Assembly (NCBI GenBank): GCA_045046875.1 | Contig: JASFYY010000002.1 | Location: 32,001 to 96,000, forward strand | DNA: 64,000 bases | Direction: 5' to 3' | Source: Verrucomicrobiota bacterium | GTDB taxonomy: Bacteria > Verrucomicrobiota > Verrucomicrobiia > Verrucomicrobiales > DEV007 | Part shown: piece by piece, positions 31,619 to 41,795 of the stretch | How positions within the stretch are numbered: the stretch's first letter is position 1 | Layout of the letters: the number at the start of each line of letters is the position of its first letter | Program-made: the position numbers and the translations under genes | The notes under the pieces: model-generated | Database searches by the model: none | What the model saw: only the letters and a program-made list of their open reading frames with translations | What the model was told of the DNA's origin: nothing

Positions 31619-32476
31619 ATGATGAAAAAAGCATTTGCCGTATTTACAGCTATAATTTTAATGCCAAGCTTGAACGCTCACGCTTGGGTAGGGGGACCTT
31701 GGTCGGGTAATAATTCTTCTCAATCGGGAGACGATGGGATTTATGAAGCGGTTGCGACAATGACAAATGGTACCGGCTTGTATCGCTGGGCAGTGAGAAA
31801 TAATTCAATATCGTCTACTTCTAATCAAAGTACAGTATCAAGTCCTACTGCACCTCAATCTTCTAATGTATTATTCGGTGGGGGGATATTAGGGGCGCAA
31901 TCTTCAAATGTTTGGTATTACAGAGGCGTGGTCTATTATGGGCCTGTTTTTGGTGTAGTAAATTCTGCAATGGGCATAGTAACAGCAGTAGCAAATGCCG
32001 CTACAAATACGGATACACAGGCATTTTCGGGTGCAGAGAATACTTTCAATAGCACAGCATTAGCGGGGCCACCAGCAGGCGGAGATTCTTCTCCAAATGT
32101 CATCGTAACCCCAGGCACACCAGGTGACCCGACTGCCACTCCGCCAATTGCACCTACACCCGGAAGTGTAGTAGTGGTTCCTGCAGGAGGCTTGGCTCAG
32201 CAAAATATAGGCTTTGCTAATTCAACTTTCATGGCAAAAATAAAAACAAAAGCTCCCGTAAAAAGATTCAGTGGTTCAGGGACAATTACTTTTTCAGGAG
32301 TTCCTGATAATGTGAGTAGATCTTTTACATTTACGGGCACAACCGTACCTTCCGGCAGTGCTATTAGTGAAACGATACTTTCGACAGGAGGAGAAGATTC
32401 AAGCTTTCCTCAAAGGGGGCATGTGCGTAAGTTCAAAGTGATTGGAACGCAAGTGTCTACGCAAGTATTGCCATAA
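31619..32476 (+). CDS. Secreted Ser/Thr/Gly/Pro-rich hypothetical protein
   Basis: Signal peptide ending AHA, mature start WVGGPW; followed by a terminator. Confidence 0.8.
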   Translation: MMKKAFAVFTAIILMPSLNAHAWVGGPWSGNNSSQSGDDGIYEAVATMTNGTGLYRWAVRNNSISSTSNQSTVSSPTAPQSSNVLFGGGILGAQSSNVWYYRGVVYYGPVFGVVNSAMGIVTAVANAATNTDTQAFSGAENTFNSTALAGPPAGGDSSPNVIVTPGTPGDPTATPPIAPTPGSVVVVPAGGLAQQNIGFANSTFMAKIKTKAPVKRFSGSGTITFSGVPDNVSRSFTFTGTTVPSGSAISETILSTGGEDSSFPQRGHVRKFKVIGTQVSTQVLP

Positions 32477-32509
32477 CATTTAGTCCTACAGCAACTAATA
32501 GAAGATATG

Positions 32510-32541
32510 GCTCAGTGGTTGATATTACCGCTGGGCTTTTT
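32510..32541 (+). terminator. Intrinsic terminator
   Basis: GCTCAGTGG-loop-CCGCTGGGC followed by TTTTT. Confidence 0.7.
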
Positions 32542-32590
32542 CGTATAAGGCTTGTAGAACTGAAATTGACTTAACGGTGAGATCAGGGCT

Positions 32591-33100
32591 ATGAAACTGG
32601 GAACAGCTAAGAACCGTAGAGCTTTTACTTTAATAGAGCTTTTAGTCGTAATGGTCGTCATTGCTGTTCTAGTTTCTATTGGTGTGCCAAGTTACCAGTC
32701 GCAAAAACGGAGTGCTGAAAGAGCTGTCTGTATGTCTCAAATGCGTACGATCCATGTGGCTTTGGATAATTACATAACAGAAAATAACCATTGGCCACAA
32801 ATACCTACTGGTATATTTGAATCAGATAATGAGTCGGATTTTTGGAAGTGGTGGATTTTGACTCTTGAGCCTTACGGAGCAGGTGAGCAAATTTGGCTAT
32901 GCCCTTCGGATAAGGTGCGAAAGGAATCTGAAGATGAGTATAATGGCTCATATTTGCCTACTAAATTCGATGCACATCATCACACACCTTATCGCTGGGC
33001 GGCACAACCGTGGTTATTAGAACGGGGTGATTTGCACAAAAAAGGAGCGCATATATTGATGCTTGATGGGTCTATACACAGTTCGAGAGATGCTTATTAA
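32591..33100 (+). CDS. Prepilin-type N-terminal cleavage/methylation protein with H-X9-DG motif
   Basis: RRAFTLIELLVVMVVIAVL, WLCPSD, H-KKGAHILML-DG. Confidence 0.92.
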   Translation: MKLGTAKNRRAFTLIELLVVMVVIAVLVSIGVPSYQSQKRSAERAVCMSQMRTIHVALDNYITENNHWPQIPTGIFESDNESDFWKWWILTLEPYGAGEQIWLCPSDKVRKESEDEYNGSYLPTKFDAHHHTPYRWAAQPWLLERGDLHKKGAHILMLDGSIHSSRDAY

Positions 33101-33380
33101 TCAGAACTGTTTTTTAAATTATTTTGCGAAGCGGCGGAATTGAGTTGCAAATTCCATTTTTTGGAGAGAACTGGATGACGTGTGAGTTAGTTTGTGCAAA
33201 CGCGAGCATAGAGTGGTTTGAATATCAAAAAAGCGCGGGGGAGGGTTACGCAGAGTCCAGTATTGGGAGCAAGATGATGCACAGCGGCATACATCAGGGC
33301 CGTAAAGTCGTCAATTTCCTCTTAAGGTGAAACTAGAGTTGAGACGCTAGTTACTTGTTTAGAAATTTAATACAGTCACG

Positions 33381-36300
33381 TCACATCTGGTGATGATCTT
33401 GAAGGGCGGTTACGTTGACACCACTTTTTTGCACGGAACGAATAGCGGCGATGCTGGCTCGAGCACCGCGTAGGGTGGTCATGATGGGGATGCGGTGAGT
33501 GATCGCGCCACTGCGGATACGCACTTCGTCCTGGCGTGGGATGCGTCCACTCGGAGTGTTGATGATGAAGGAAATCTCCTCGTTCTTGATCATGTCTAGA
33601 ACGTTGGGTCGACCTTCGGACAATTTGAATAATTTATTAACCGGTATATTGGCTTCATTGAGTGCATGGGCAGTGCCTGAGGTAGAATAGATGGTAAAAC
33701 CGGCTTCAGAAAACTCGCGGGCAATGTCGAGGACATCAGATTTGTCAGAATCCTTAACACTAACAAATATATTGCCCTTGAGAGGCAGTGAAGCAGAAGC
33801 GGCCATTTGTGATTTGGCATAAGCGATACCAAAATCTTTATCGATGCCCATCACTTCACCGGTGGACTTCATTTCAGGGCCAAGAACAATGTCGATGCCA
33901 GGAAATTTGCTAAAGGGAAAAACGGCTTCTTTAACTGAGTAATGGGGAGGATAGATTTCTTCGGTAAATCCGATCTCTTTCAAACTTTCTCCCGCCATAA
34001 CCCGGGCGGCGTATTTGGCTAAAGGAATTCCTAGTGCTTTGCTGACAAAGGGAACGGTACGTGACGCCCGGGGATTAACTTCAATGACATAGAGTTCATT
34101 GTCTTTAACGGCGAATTGGATATTCATCAATCCGCAGACTTTGAGTTCTTTTGCCAAAGCTTTGGTAGCTTGGAAAATTTTATCTTTCATCGAGTCATCG
34201 ATGGAGAATGGGGGAATGACACAAGCGCTGTCACCGCTGTGAATACCCGCTTGCTCGATGTGTTCCATGATGGCTCCGATCACAGAGGTTTCGCCATCGG
34301 ATATGCAATCGACGTCTATTTCGGTGGCATCTTCGAGGAAGCGATCGACTAGCACGGGACGTTCCGGGCTGGCTTCGACGGCAGTGCGCATGTAATGGCG
34401 CAGTTCTTCATCGTTGTGAACGATCATCATTGCGCGTCCGCCTAAAACAAATGATGGCCTAACAAGTACAGGGTAGGATATTCTTTGAGCGACAACTACA
34501 GCTTCTTCTTCCGAGGTGGCGGTTCCAGCTTCGGCTTGTCGCAGTCCTAGTTTATCCAGCAGAGCACTGAAATATTTACGGTCTTCGGCTAATTCGATGC
34601 TTTCGGGTGAGGTTCCGATGATGTTGGCTCCATGTCGCTTGAGGTCGGCGGCCAGGTTGAGTGGTGTTTGTCCACCAAACTGGACAATGATTCCCCAGCA
34701 GTCTTCTTGCTCGTAAATATTGAGTACATCCTCGAGCGTGAGAGGTTCAAAATACAACTTGTCACTGGTATCGTAGTCGGTGGAAACAGTTTCCGGGTTT
34801 GAGTTGACCATGATGGTCTCGAAACCTTGTTCTTTTAGTGCGAAGGAGGCGTGCACGCAGCAGTAATCAAATTCGATGCCTTGTCCGATACGGTTAGGGC
34901 CACCACCGAGGATCATTACCCGTCGTTTGTCACCTCCGCGAGCTTCGTTTTCATCTCCATATGTGGAGTAATAATAGGGGGTGTAAGCTTCGAATTCTGC
35001 AGCGCAAGTATCGACGAGTCGGTAGGTGGGCACCACGCCTGCTTTTTTGCGTGCGGCGCGCACGTCATCGTTGCTTTGTTGGGTCAGGTAGGCAATTTGC
35101 GGGTCTGAGTAGCCTAGTTTTTTGGCTTTTTTGAAGTCGAGTGTTTCGAGAGATTTGCCTTTAAATTCATCATCAGCCAGGCAGATTTGCTGTAGGTGGC
35201 CAAGGAACCAGCGGTCAATTTTAGTGAGTTCAAATACTTCTTCAATGGTGAAGCCGGCATCAAAAGCATATCGCAGATAAAAAATACGATGTTCGTTGGG
35301 GGTGGTGAGCTTGGCGGTGATGGCTTCCCGGTCTAGGTTTTTAGGATCTTTGCCGTCGGCACCAAAACCAAAACGCCCGATTTCGAGGGAGCGCAGGGCT
35401 TTTTGCATTGATTCTTTGAAAGTACGTCCAATGGCCATGGCCTCGCCGACACTTTTCATCTGGGTGGTGAGAGTGGGATCCGCATCGGGAAATTTTTCGA
35501 AGGTGAAGCGCGGCAGTTTGACTACGCAGTAGTCGATGGTGGGCTCGAAACTAGCCGGGGTTTCACGGGTGATGTCGTTGCGTATTTCGTCCAGGGTATA
35601 ACCAACAGCCAGTTTGGCGGCAATTTTAGCTATGGGGAAACCGGTTGCCTTGGAAGCGAGAGCAGAAGAACGGGAGACCCGTGGGTTCATCTCGATGACG
35701 ATCATACGTCCGGTGTTGGGTTCTACGGCAAATTGGATATTGGAGCCGCCGGTCTCTACGCCAATCTCACGAATACAGGCAAAAGAGGCGTCGCGCATGA
35801 TTTGGTATTCGCGATCGGTGAGAGTTTGGATAGGTGCTACGGTGATGGAATCGCCGGTGTGTACGCCCATCGGGTCGAGGTTTTCAATCGAACAGATGAC
35901 CACGCAGTTGTCATTGCAGTCGCGCATGACTTCGATTTCAAATTCCTTCCATCCTAGTAGAGATTCTTCGACTAGGACTTCACTGACAGGGGAGAGGTCA
36001 ATGCCGCGGGTGACAATTTCTTCAAACTCTTCACGATTGTATGCGATGCCACCTCCTGCACCACCCAAGGTGTAAGCAGGCCGGATGATCATTGGAAAGT
36101 TGCCAATTTCTTTAGCAATCACATTGGCTTCGGTCATGGTGTGTGCCACTCCAGATTGTGGTAAGTCCAAACCGATTTTGAGCATGGCTTCTTTAAATAG
36201 AAGGCGATCTTCACCTTTCTCGATCGCTTCGGCATTGGCTCCGATGAGTTTTACCCCTGCTTTGTCGAGGAATCCATCTCGCACCAGGTCCATCGCGGCA

Positions 36301-36590
36301 TTGAGCGCGGTTTGGCCTCCCAAGGTGGGCAACAAGGCGTCGGGTTTTTCCACGTCGATGATCTTTTTGATCATTTCCGGGGTGATCGGCTCGATATAGG
36401 TCCGAGCTGCAAACTCAGGATCGGTCATGATGGTGGCCGGATTGGAATTAACCAATACTACTGTGTAACCTTCTTCTTGTAGGGCTTTGCAAGCTTGTAC
36501 CCCGGAATAGTCAAATTCGCAGCCTTGTCCGATGACAATAGGTCCGGATCCAATGAGAAGTATTTTTTTGATCGATTCGTCGCGTGGCAT
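33381..36590 (-). CDS. carB: Carbamoyl-phosphate synthase large subunit
   Basis: 1069 aa; [17 protein letters not shown], duplicated ATP-grasp, [13 protein letters not shown] domain. Confidence 0.99.
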   Translation of the reverse strand: MPRDESIKKILLIGSGPIVIGQGCEFDYSGVQACKALQEEGYTVVLVNSNPATIMTDPEFAARTYIEPITPEMIKKIIDVEKPDALLPTLGGQTALNAAMDLVRDGFLDKAGVKLIGANAEAIEKGEDRLLFKEAMLKIGLDLPQSGVAHTMTEANVIAKEIGNFPMIIRPAYTLGGAGGGIAYNREEFEEIVTRGIDLSPVSEVLVEESLLGWKEFEIEVMRDCNDNCVVICSIENLDPMGVHTGDSITVAPIQTLTDREYQIMRDASFACIREIGVETGGSNIQFAVEPNTGRMIVIEMNPRVSRSSALASKATGFPIAKIAAKLAVGYTLDEIRNDITRETPASFEPTIDYCVVKLPRFTFEKFPDADPTLTTQMKSVGEAMAIGRTFKESMQKALRSLEIGRFGFGADGKDPKNLDREAITAKLTTPNEHRIFYLRYAFDAGFTIEEVFELTKIDRWFLGHLQQICLADDEFKGKSLETLDFKKAKKLGYSDPQIAYLTQQSNDDVRAARKKAGVVPTYRLVDTCAAEFEAYTPYYYSTYGDENEARGGDKRRVMILGGGPNRIGQGIEFDYCCVHASFALKEQGFETIMVNSNPETVSTDYDTSDKLYFEPLTLEDVLNIYEQEDCWGIIVQFGGQTPLNLAADLKRHGANIIGTSPESIELAEDRKYFSALLDKLGLRQAEAGTATSEEEAVVVAQRISYPVLVRPSFVLGGRAMMIVHNDEELRHYMRTAVEASPERPVLVDRFLEDATEIDVDCISDGETSVIGAIMEHIEQAGIHSGDSACVIPPFSIDDSMKDKIFQATKALAKELKVCGLMNIQFAVKDNELYVIEVNPRASRTVPFVSKALGIPLAKYAARVMAGESLKEIGFTEEIYPPHYSVKEAVFPFSKFPGIDIVLGPEMKSTGEVMGIDKDFGIAYAKSQMAASASLPLKGNIFVSVKDSDKSDVLDIAREFSEAGFTIYSTSGTAHALNEANIPVNKLFKLSEGRPNVLDMIKNEEISFIINTPSGRIPRQDEVRIRSGAITHRIPIMTTLRGARASIAAIRSVQKSGVNVTALQDHHQM

Positions 36591-36762
36591 AGTGACGAAA
36601 ATGAAAACCGTTCACTCGCATTACCCTGTGCTTTTGTAAAGCAGGAAGGAGGAGAGAAAAGCATTTCTTTGCCTTTGCGTAATGTATGCCAAACGCTATT
36701 CTTGTAAGAATTGAGATACAACAGCGACATAAAGCGACACGAGCATTGAATAGACGTTTGAA

Positions 36763-37560
36763 ATGGTCAGATTAATAGAAATGACAGGGTCACTGGTGAC
36801 TCGTTTTTTACGTTATCAGGGGGAAGTTGCGCTCCTGATGGTAGAAACGGCAAAAGCCTTGGTATTGGGTAAAGTTCGCTGGCGTCTGGTGGGCCAGCAG
36901 GTGGTATCCATTGGTTTTGGTTCGCAGTTGGTGGTGATCGTTACCGGAGCATTTACCGGGGCGGTTTTTGCAGCGCAAAGTTACTTTAAGTTCAGTGAAT
37001 TTGGTATGGATTCGGCAGTGGGTGCCGTGGTTTCAATTTCGATGTGCCGGGAATTGGGGCCTGTGCTGACTGGTTTGATGGTAGCTGGTCGAGTGGGAGC
37101 TTCGATGGCAGCGGAGATTGGTACGATGAAAGTGACCGAGCAGGTTGATGCGCTACGGGCGATGGGGGTTCATCCGATTGATTACCTGGTGGTTCCGCGA
37201 ACGATTGCGATTATGGTGTCAATGCCCTTGTTGGTGGCTGAGGCGATTGGCTTTGGCATGGTGGCGTCGCATATTACCGTTGTATATGGCTTTAAAGTGC
37301 CAGGCGCTTGGTACATGCACCATGTGGTGGAGCATACCGAGTTGATTGATATTTCCATTGGCATGATCAAAGGTTTTGTTTTCAGTATTTTGATTGTGAT
37401 GGTTTCCTGTCACCAGGGTTTGAGAGCCAGCAATGGGGCGGTGGGGGTGGGCAAGGGAACAACGGCTGCTGTGGTGGTTTCTTCGTTAGCTCTTTTGGTA
37501 TTTAATTTTTTCCTTACTTTGATTTTAAATTATATGTCACCTTTGGGCCCGAGTGGATGA
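36763..37560 (+). CDS. mlaE: MlaE-family ABC permease
   Basis: RELGPVLTGLMVAGRVGASMAAEIGTMKVTEQVDAL. Confidence 0.93.
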   Translation: MVRLIEMTGSLVTRFLRYQGEVALLMVETAKALVLGKVRWRLVGQQVVSIGFGSQLVVIVTGAFTGAVFAAQSYFKFSEFGMDSAVGAVVSISMCRELGPVLTGLMVAGRVGASMAAEIGTMKVTEQVDALRAMGVHPIDYLVVPRTIAIMVSMPLLVAEAIGFGMVASHITVVYGFKVPGAWYMHHVVEHTELIDISIGMIKGFVFSILIVMVSCHQGLRASNGAVGVGKGTTAAVVVSSLALLVFNFFLTLILNYMSPLGPSG

Positions 37561-38387
37561 CGATGAGTGTTCCAATTTCCAATTCTATGAATAAAGAGCA
37601 GCTTCCTGAAAAACCGTGTGCGGACAGGTTGCAGGGAAAAAACTTCTTTGAGGTGAGAGATTTGTACAAAAGCATTGGGGATCAGGAGATTTTGCGCGGT
37701 GTAAATCTGAATATCCGCAAAGGAGAAACGATGGTGGTCATTGGGCGCAGTGGAGAGGGGAAAAGCGTGTTTTTGAAACATCTGATAGGTCTGATGACAC
37801 CTAGTGCGGGCAGTATTTTAGTGGAAGGGAAAGAGTTGGTGGGTTTAAAAGAAAGGCAAATGCGTGATATACGGCGCAAGGTGGGGATTTTGTTTCAGGA
37901 TGGGGCTTTGTTTGATTCGATGACAGTGGCTGAGAATGTGGCTTTTCCTTTGATCGAGTTGGGAATTAAGGATCGTGAAATTTTATTACAACGGGTGGGC
38001 GAGGCTCTGGAGAAGGTGGAATTGGTGCCACATATGGCTAAAATGCCGATCAACATCTCCGGGGGGATGCGTAAACGAGTATCTTTGGCGCGAGCGATCA
38101 TAGCGGAGCCGCAGTGTATATTATATGACGAGCCGACTTCCGGTTTGGACCCAGTGGTGTCTGAAAGTATTGACCGTTTGATTCGTCGTATGCAAAAGGA
38201 TTTGTGTGTGACCTCTTTGGTGGTGACGCATGATATGAACAGCGTGTTTCGCATAGCCGATCGTGTGGCGTATTTGCGCGAGGGGAAAATATATTTTCTG
38301 GGTACTCCGCAGGAATTACGCGACAGTAAGGATCGATATGTGAGGAGTTTTGTGGAAGGCAGGCCGGTTGAGAAGGAAGATGCATGA
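37557..38387 (+). CDS. mlaF: MlaF-family ABC ATPase
   Basis: GRSGEGKS, FQDGALFDS, ISGGMRKRV, YDEPTSGLDP. Confidence 0.92.
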   Translation: MTMSVPISNSMNKEQLPEKPCADRLQGKNFFEVRDLYKSIGDQEILRGVNLNIRKGETMVVIGRSGEGKSVFLKHLIGLMTPSAGSILVEGKELVGLKERQMRDIRRKVGILFQDGALFDSMTVAENVAFPLIELGIKDREILLQRVGEALEKVELVPHMAKMPINISGGMRKRVSLARAIIAEPQCILYDEPTSGLDPVVSESIDRLIRRMQKDLCVTSLVVTHDMNSVFRIADRVAYLREGKIYFLGTPQELRDSKDRYVRSFVEGRPVEKEDA

Positions 38388-38444
38388 AATAGCACGTGCT
38401 TGCCGAGTTATCCAAGCGATGTAAATTTATAAATTAAGAATCAG

Positions 38445-39482
38445 ATGAGTAATTCCTACGATAAAACAGCCTTACGAAAACAACGCACAGATTTATGGGT
38501 GGGTTTGTTTGTGTTCATGGGTTTGGCGATCATGGGAGCCTTGGTGGTTCAATTTGGCAGGTTCAGTGACCGTTTGAGAGAAAGTTATTTTTTGTATGTG
38601 ACCTACCCTGATGCCGGCAGCTTGGTTCGAGGGGCTCCGGTGCGACTGGGCGGAGCAAAGGTGGGGGTGGTGGCAGATGCTCCCCAGTTGAATGAGGATT
38701 ATGCCAGTGTGCGTGTTCCCCTGGAAATTCACAGCAACAAAAAAATCCCTGCAGGTTCGCGTTTTATTATCGCTTCGAGTGGGTTGATGGGAGATCTTTA
38801 TATTCGAGTAAAAAGTCCGGAAAAACTCACTGGTGAGTATATAAAACCAGACAGCGAAATTGATGGCGACGCGGCGACAGGTCTGGATGAGATTCAGGCG
38901 GAAGCAGGTGAGTTGTCGGGTCGAGCCAAGTTGATGATGGAGGATATTCGTCTGGCGGTGAAAACTTTGGATAAAACTTTGAAGAAGATCGATGAAGGCA
39001 TGTTGAGTGAAGATAATCTGGCTAATTTCAAGGATACGCTGGCTGATTTAAAAAAGACTGGAGAGAATTTTAAGGTAGCCAGCGAAAAATTGGGCCCTTT
39101 GTTTGATAAAAGTAAAGAGGCAGTAGTTGAGGCAAAAGTTGCCTTTAAAAAAGTCGGGGAAACCTTTGATACCACCAAAGAGCTGGTCAAAAAAGCTGGC
39201 CCAGCGCTGGAGAAGCTCGATCCCACTATTTCTGAGTTGAAGGAAACCCTGGCAAAAGCCAATGCGGCGATTGATAAACTTACAGAAGGGGACGGGACCA
39301 CTGCAGCGTTGATTTCAGATAAAGAATTGAAGGAAAATCTTGAGAGTTTCATTTCGAACCTCAATGAGCATGGGATTCTTCGTTATAAAAACGACAAGAA
39401 AGATAAAAATGCGACCACTAAAAAACCCACAACAGGGAGCTCACGCACGGGTTTGAAAAAATGGTTTTCCAAAAAGCCTTGA
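38445..39482 (+). CDS. mlaD: MlaD/MCE-domain protein with a long helical C-terminus
   Basis: N-terminal TM; GAPVRLGGAKVGVV, GLMGDLYI; amphipathic helical tail. Confidence 0.88.
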   Translation: MSNSYDKTALRKQRTDLWVGLFVFMGLAIMGALVVQFGRFSDRLRESYFLYVTYPDAGSLVRGAPVRLGGAKVGVVADAPQLNEDYASVRVPLEIHSNKKIPAGSRFIIASSGLMGDLYIRVKSPEKLTGEYIKPDSEIDGDAATGLDEIQAEAGELSGRAKLMMEDIRLAVKTLDKTLKKIDEGMLSEDNLANFKDTLADLKKTGENFKVASEKLGPLFDKSKEAVVEAKVAFKKVGETFDTTKELVKKAGPALEKLDPTISELKETLAKANAAIDKLTEGDGTTAALISDKELKENLESFISNLNEHGILRYKNDKKDKNATTKKPTTGSSRTGLKKWFSKKP

Positions 39483-39655
39483 TCCTCAGCTTGGTTTTTT
39501 ATTGCAAAAACACAAAGGATCTTTAAGCAGCGACCGATTTAGCTTGAATCCGGGGTGATTTCGGTTATCACAAACAGACCGCGATTTCAGGGAATGCCGT
39601 ATATGCTGCTTGTTCCTCGAATGGGCGGGAAACAAGTATTTTACCGATCACAATC

Positions 39656-40822
39656 ATGGATTTTATAGCCTCAAATATCTCGGAACTTAGTCCCTCGGTC
39701 ACTTTGGCCATCACCAGCGAAGCAAACAAATTGAAGGCTGAAGGGGTGGATGTGTGCAGCTTTGGAGCTGGTGAACCCGACTTTGATACTCCTGATTTTA
39801 TCAAAGAAGCTGCGATTCAGGCTTTGCGTGATGGCAAAACCAAATACACACCGAGTTCCGGTATCATGGAGCTTCGCGAGGGCATTGCGGAAAAATTGCT
39901 GCTCGAAAACGATTTGGAATACAAACCCAAACAGGTGGTGGTGAATTGTGGTGCCAAACATTCCTGTTTTTTGGCGATTCAAGCCTGTTGCGAACCGGGT
40001 GATGAAGTGATCATTCCTTCTCCTTACTGGACCAGTTATCCAGAAATGGTGAAAATCGCTGGTGCAGAGCCTTATGTGGTGGAAACCAAACCAGAAAATG
40101 GCTGGAAACTGACACCAGAAGAATTTGAGGGCGCGATCAGTGGTCGTACCAAGATGCTGATTCTCAACTCTCCCAACAACCCTACAGGGGCTGTTTATAG
40201 CCGTGAGGAACTCGAAGCTCTGGCTGAAGTAGCGCTGACCGAGGACATTTTGATCCTGTCTGATGAGATTTATGAAAAACTCATCTACAATGAGAAAAAA
40301 CACGTGAGCATGGCTTCGATCAGTGAGGAGATCAAAAAGCTGACCATCACCGTCAATGGTTTCAGTAAAGTCTATTCAATGACCGGCTGGAGAATTGGAT
40401 ATATTGCCGCTCCTTATGACATCGCCAATTCGATCGCTACGATTCAAAGTCACACGACCTCGAATCCAACTTCTTTTGCCCAGTATGGTGCATTGGCAGC
40501 CTTGACGGGCAATCAAGCTTTTGTGACGGACATGGTGGAAGAGTATGACATGCGTCGTCAGTACATGCTGAGCCGTCTGCAAAAAATCAATAACATCACA
40601 GTGGTTGAGCCTGAAGGAGCCTTTTACTTTTTGGTGGGCACCGAGGCGATCGGTTTGACTTCAATGAATCTGACCGAGAAATTGCTTAGCCGTTATCAGG
40701 TGGCTGCCGTCCCAGGTGAAGCCTTTGGTTTCGAAGCTTCTTTGCGTTTGAGTTACGCAACGGGTTTGGATGTGATCAAAACAGGTCTGGATCGCTTCGA
40801 AGAGTTCTGTCACGCGCATTGA
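39656..40822 (+). CDS. Class I/II PLP aminotransferase (aspartate aminotransferase-like)
   Basis: GEPDFDTP, NSPNNPTG, DEIY, GFSKVYSMTGWRIGY. Confidence 0.93.
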   Translation: MDFIASNISELSPSVTLAITSEANKLKAEGVDVCSFGAGEPDFDTPDFIKEAAIQALRDGKTKYTPSSGIMELREGIAEKLLLENDLEYKPKQVVVNCGAKHSCFLAIQACCEPGDEVIIPSPYWTSYPEMVKIAGAEPYVVETKPENGWKLTPEEFEGAISGRTKMLILNSPNNPTGAVYSREELEALAEVALTEDILILSDEIYEKLIYNEKKHVSMASISEEIKKLTITVNGFSKVYSMTGWRIGYIAAPYDIANSIATIQSHTTSNPTSFAQYGALAALTGNQAFVTDMVEEYDMRRQYMLSRLQKINNITVVEPEGAFYFLVGTEAIGLTSMNLTEKLLSRYQVAAVPGEAFGFEASLRLSYATGLDVIKTGLDRFEEFCHAH

Positions 40823-40840
40823 CCCGGAGCCTTTTCCTTG

Positions 40841-40864
40841 CGCGGCTATTTAGCCGCGATTTTT
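40841..40864 (+). terminator. Probable intrinsic terminator after the aminotransferase
   Basis: CGCGGCT-ATTT-AGCCGCG then ATTTTT. Confidence 0.55.
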
Positions 40865-40901
40865 CATACAAAGTCCGCAAGAACAAAAATTGTTAAGGGT
40901 C

Positions 40902-40933
40902 TGGCCCTTAATAAACTTGGCCCTTAATAAACT
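40902..40933. repeat. Perfect 16-bp tandem duplication
   Basis: TGGCCCTTAATAAACT x2. Confidence 0.95.
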
Positions 40934-40953
40934 TATAAATTAGTGGTGGACAC

Positions 40954-40984
40954 AAAAAAGCCGGGCTGAAAGTCCGGCTTTTTT
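40954..40984. terminator. Bidirectional intrinsic terminator downstream of clpP
   Basis: AAAAAAGCCGGGCT-GAA-AGTCCGGCTTTTTT. Confidence 0.85.
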
Positions 40985-41014
40985 GGTTTTGGATTGGGTT
41001 GGAAATCCGGGAGT

Positions 41015-41692
41015 TTAGGATTTCTTCTTTTTATCCGCAGCGGGAGCATCGACTTTGTTATCCATGACTTTATCGACCAGACCGTAAGCGCAGGCTTCTT
41101 CGGCAGTCATGTAATAATCGCGGTCAGCGTCTTTTTCCACTTGTTTGACGGTTTTGCCGGTGTGCTTGGCAATGATGTCATTGAGGCGCTTTTTGAGGCT
41201 GTACATGAACTCCACGGTGCGTTCCACGTCACTTGCGGTGCCTTGGGCGCCGCCTGAGACCTGGTGGATCATGACGTGTGAATTAGGAAGAGCGAAACGG
41301 TTGCCTTTTGTTCCGGCGCAAAGTAGAACAGAGCCCATGCTGGCGGCCATGCCCATGCAATAGGTATTCACATTGCAGGTGACAAATTGCATTGTGTCGT
41401 AGATCGCCAAGCCCGCGGTGACGGAGCCGCCGGGGGAGTTGATGTAAATGTTGATGTCCTTGTTGGGATCCTGCATCTGTAGGTAGAGCATCTGGGCAAT
41501 CACGTAGTTGGCCAGTGGGTCACTGATCGGTTCGCCGATGAAGATAATGCGATCTTTCATCAAGCGCGACAAAAGGTCGAACTGGATCAAGGTGCCGCCT
41601 TCTTTTTCGATCACGCTGACACCTTGAACGGTGGCGGCGCGCTGTTGCAGTTCGGCTGGAATAAGGGGGGAGATTGCAGAGGAATAGTTCAT
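41015..41692 (-). CDS. clpP: ATP-dependent Clp protease proteolytic subunit
   Basis: SRLMKDRIIF, INSPGGSV, AASMGS (catalytic Ser), MIHQ (His), DRD. Confidence 0.96.
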   Translation of the reverse strand: MNYSSAISPLIPAELQQRAATVQGVSVIEKEGGTLIQFDLLSRLMKDRIIFIGEPISDPLANYVIAQMLYLQMQDPNKDINIYINSPGGSVTAGLAIYDTMQFVTCNVNTYCMGMAASMGSVLLCAGTKGNRFALPNSHVMIHQVSGGAQGTASDVERTVEFMYSLKKRLNDIIAKHTGKTVKQVEKDADRDYYMTAEEACAYGLVDKVMDNKVDAPAADKKKKS

Positions 41693-41795
41693 GATAGTTG
41701 AGATGTGGAAACTGAAATAAAGTGGCTTAAAGAGTGAGGCGGAACTGGGGGGAGAAACTTACACGGTCGCTCCGTAATTAAAGCCAACGGGAAAA

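Noticed and set aside
16900..33000. Low-GC region as a horizontally acquired island
   Set aside because: Contains core genes (rnc, mnmG, ribD, recA), has no mobility genes and no sharp edges.
40902..40933. Possible CRISPR array
   Set aside because: Only two adjacent 16-bp copies, no spacers and no cas genes.
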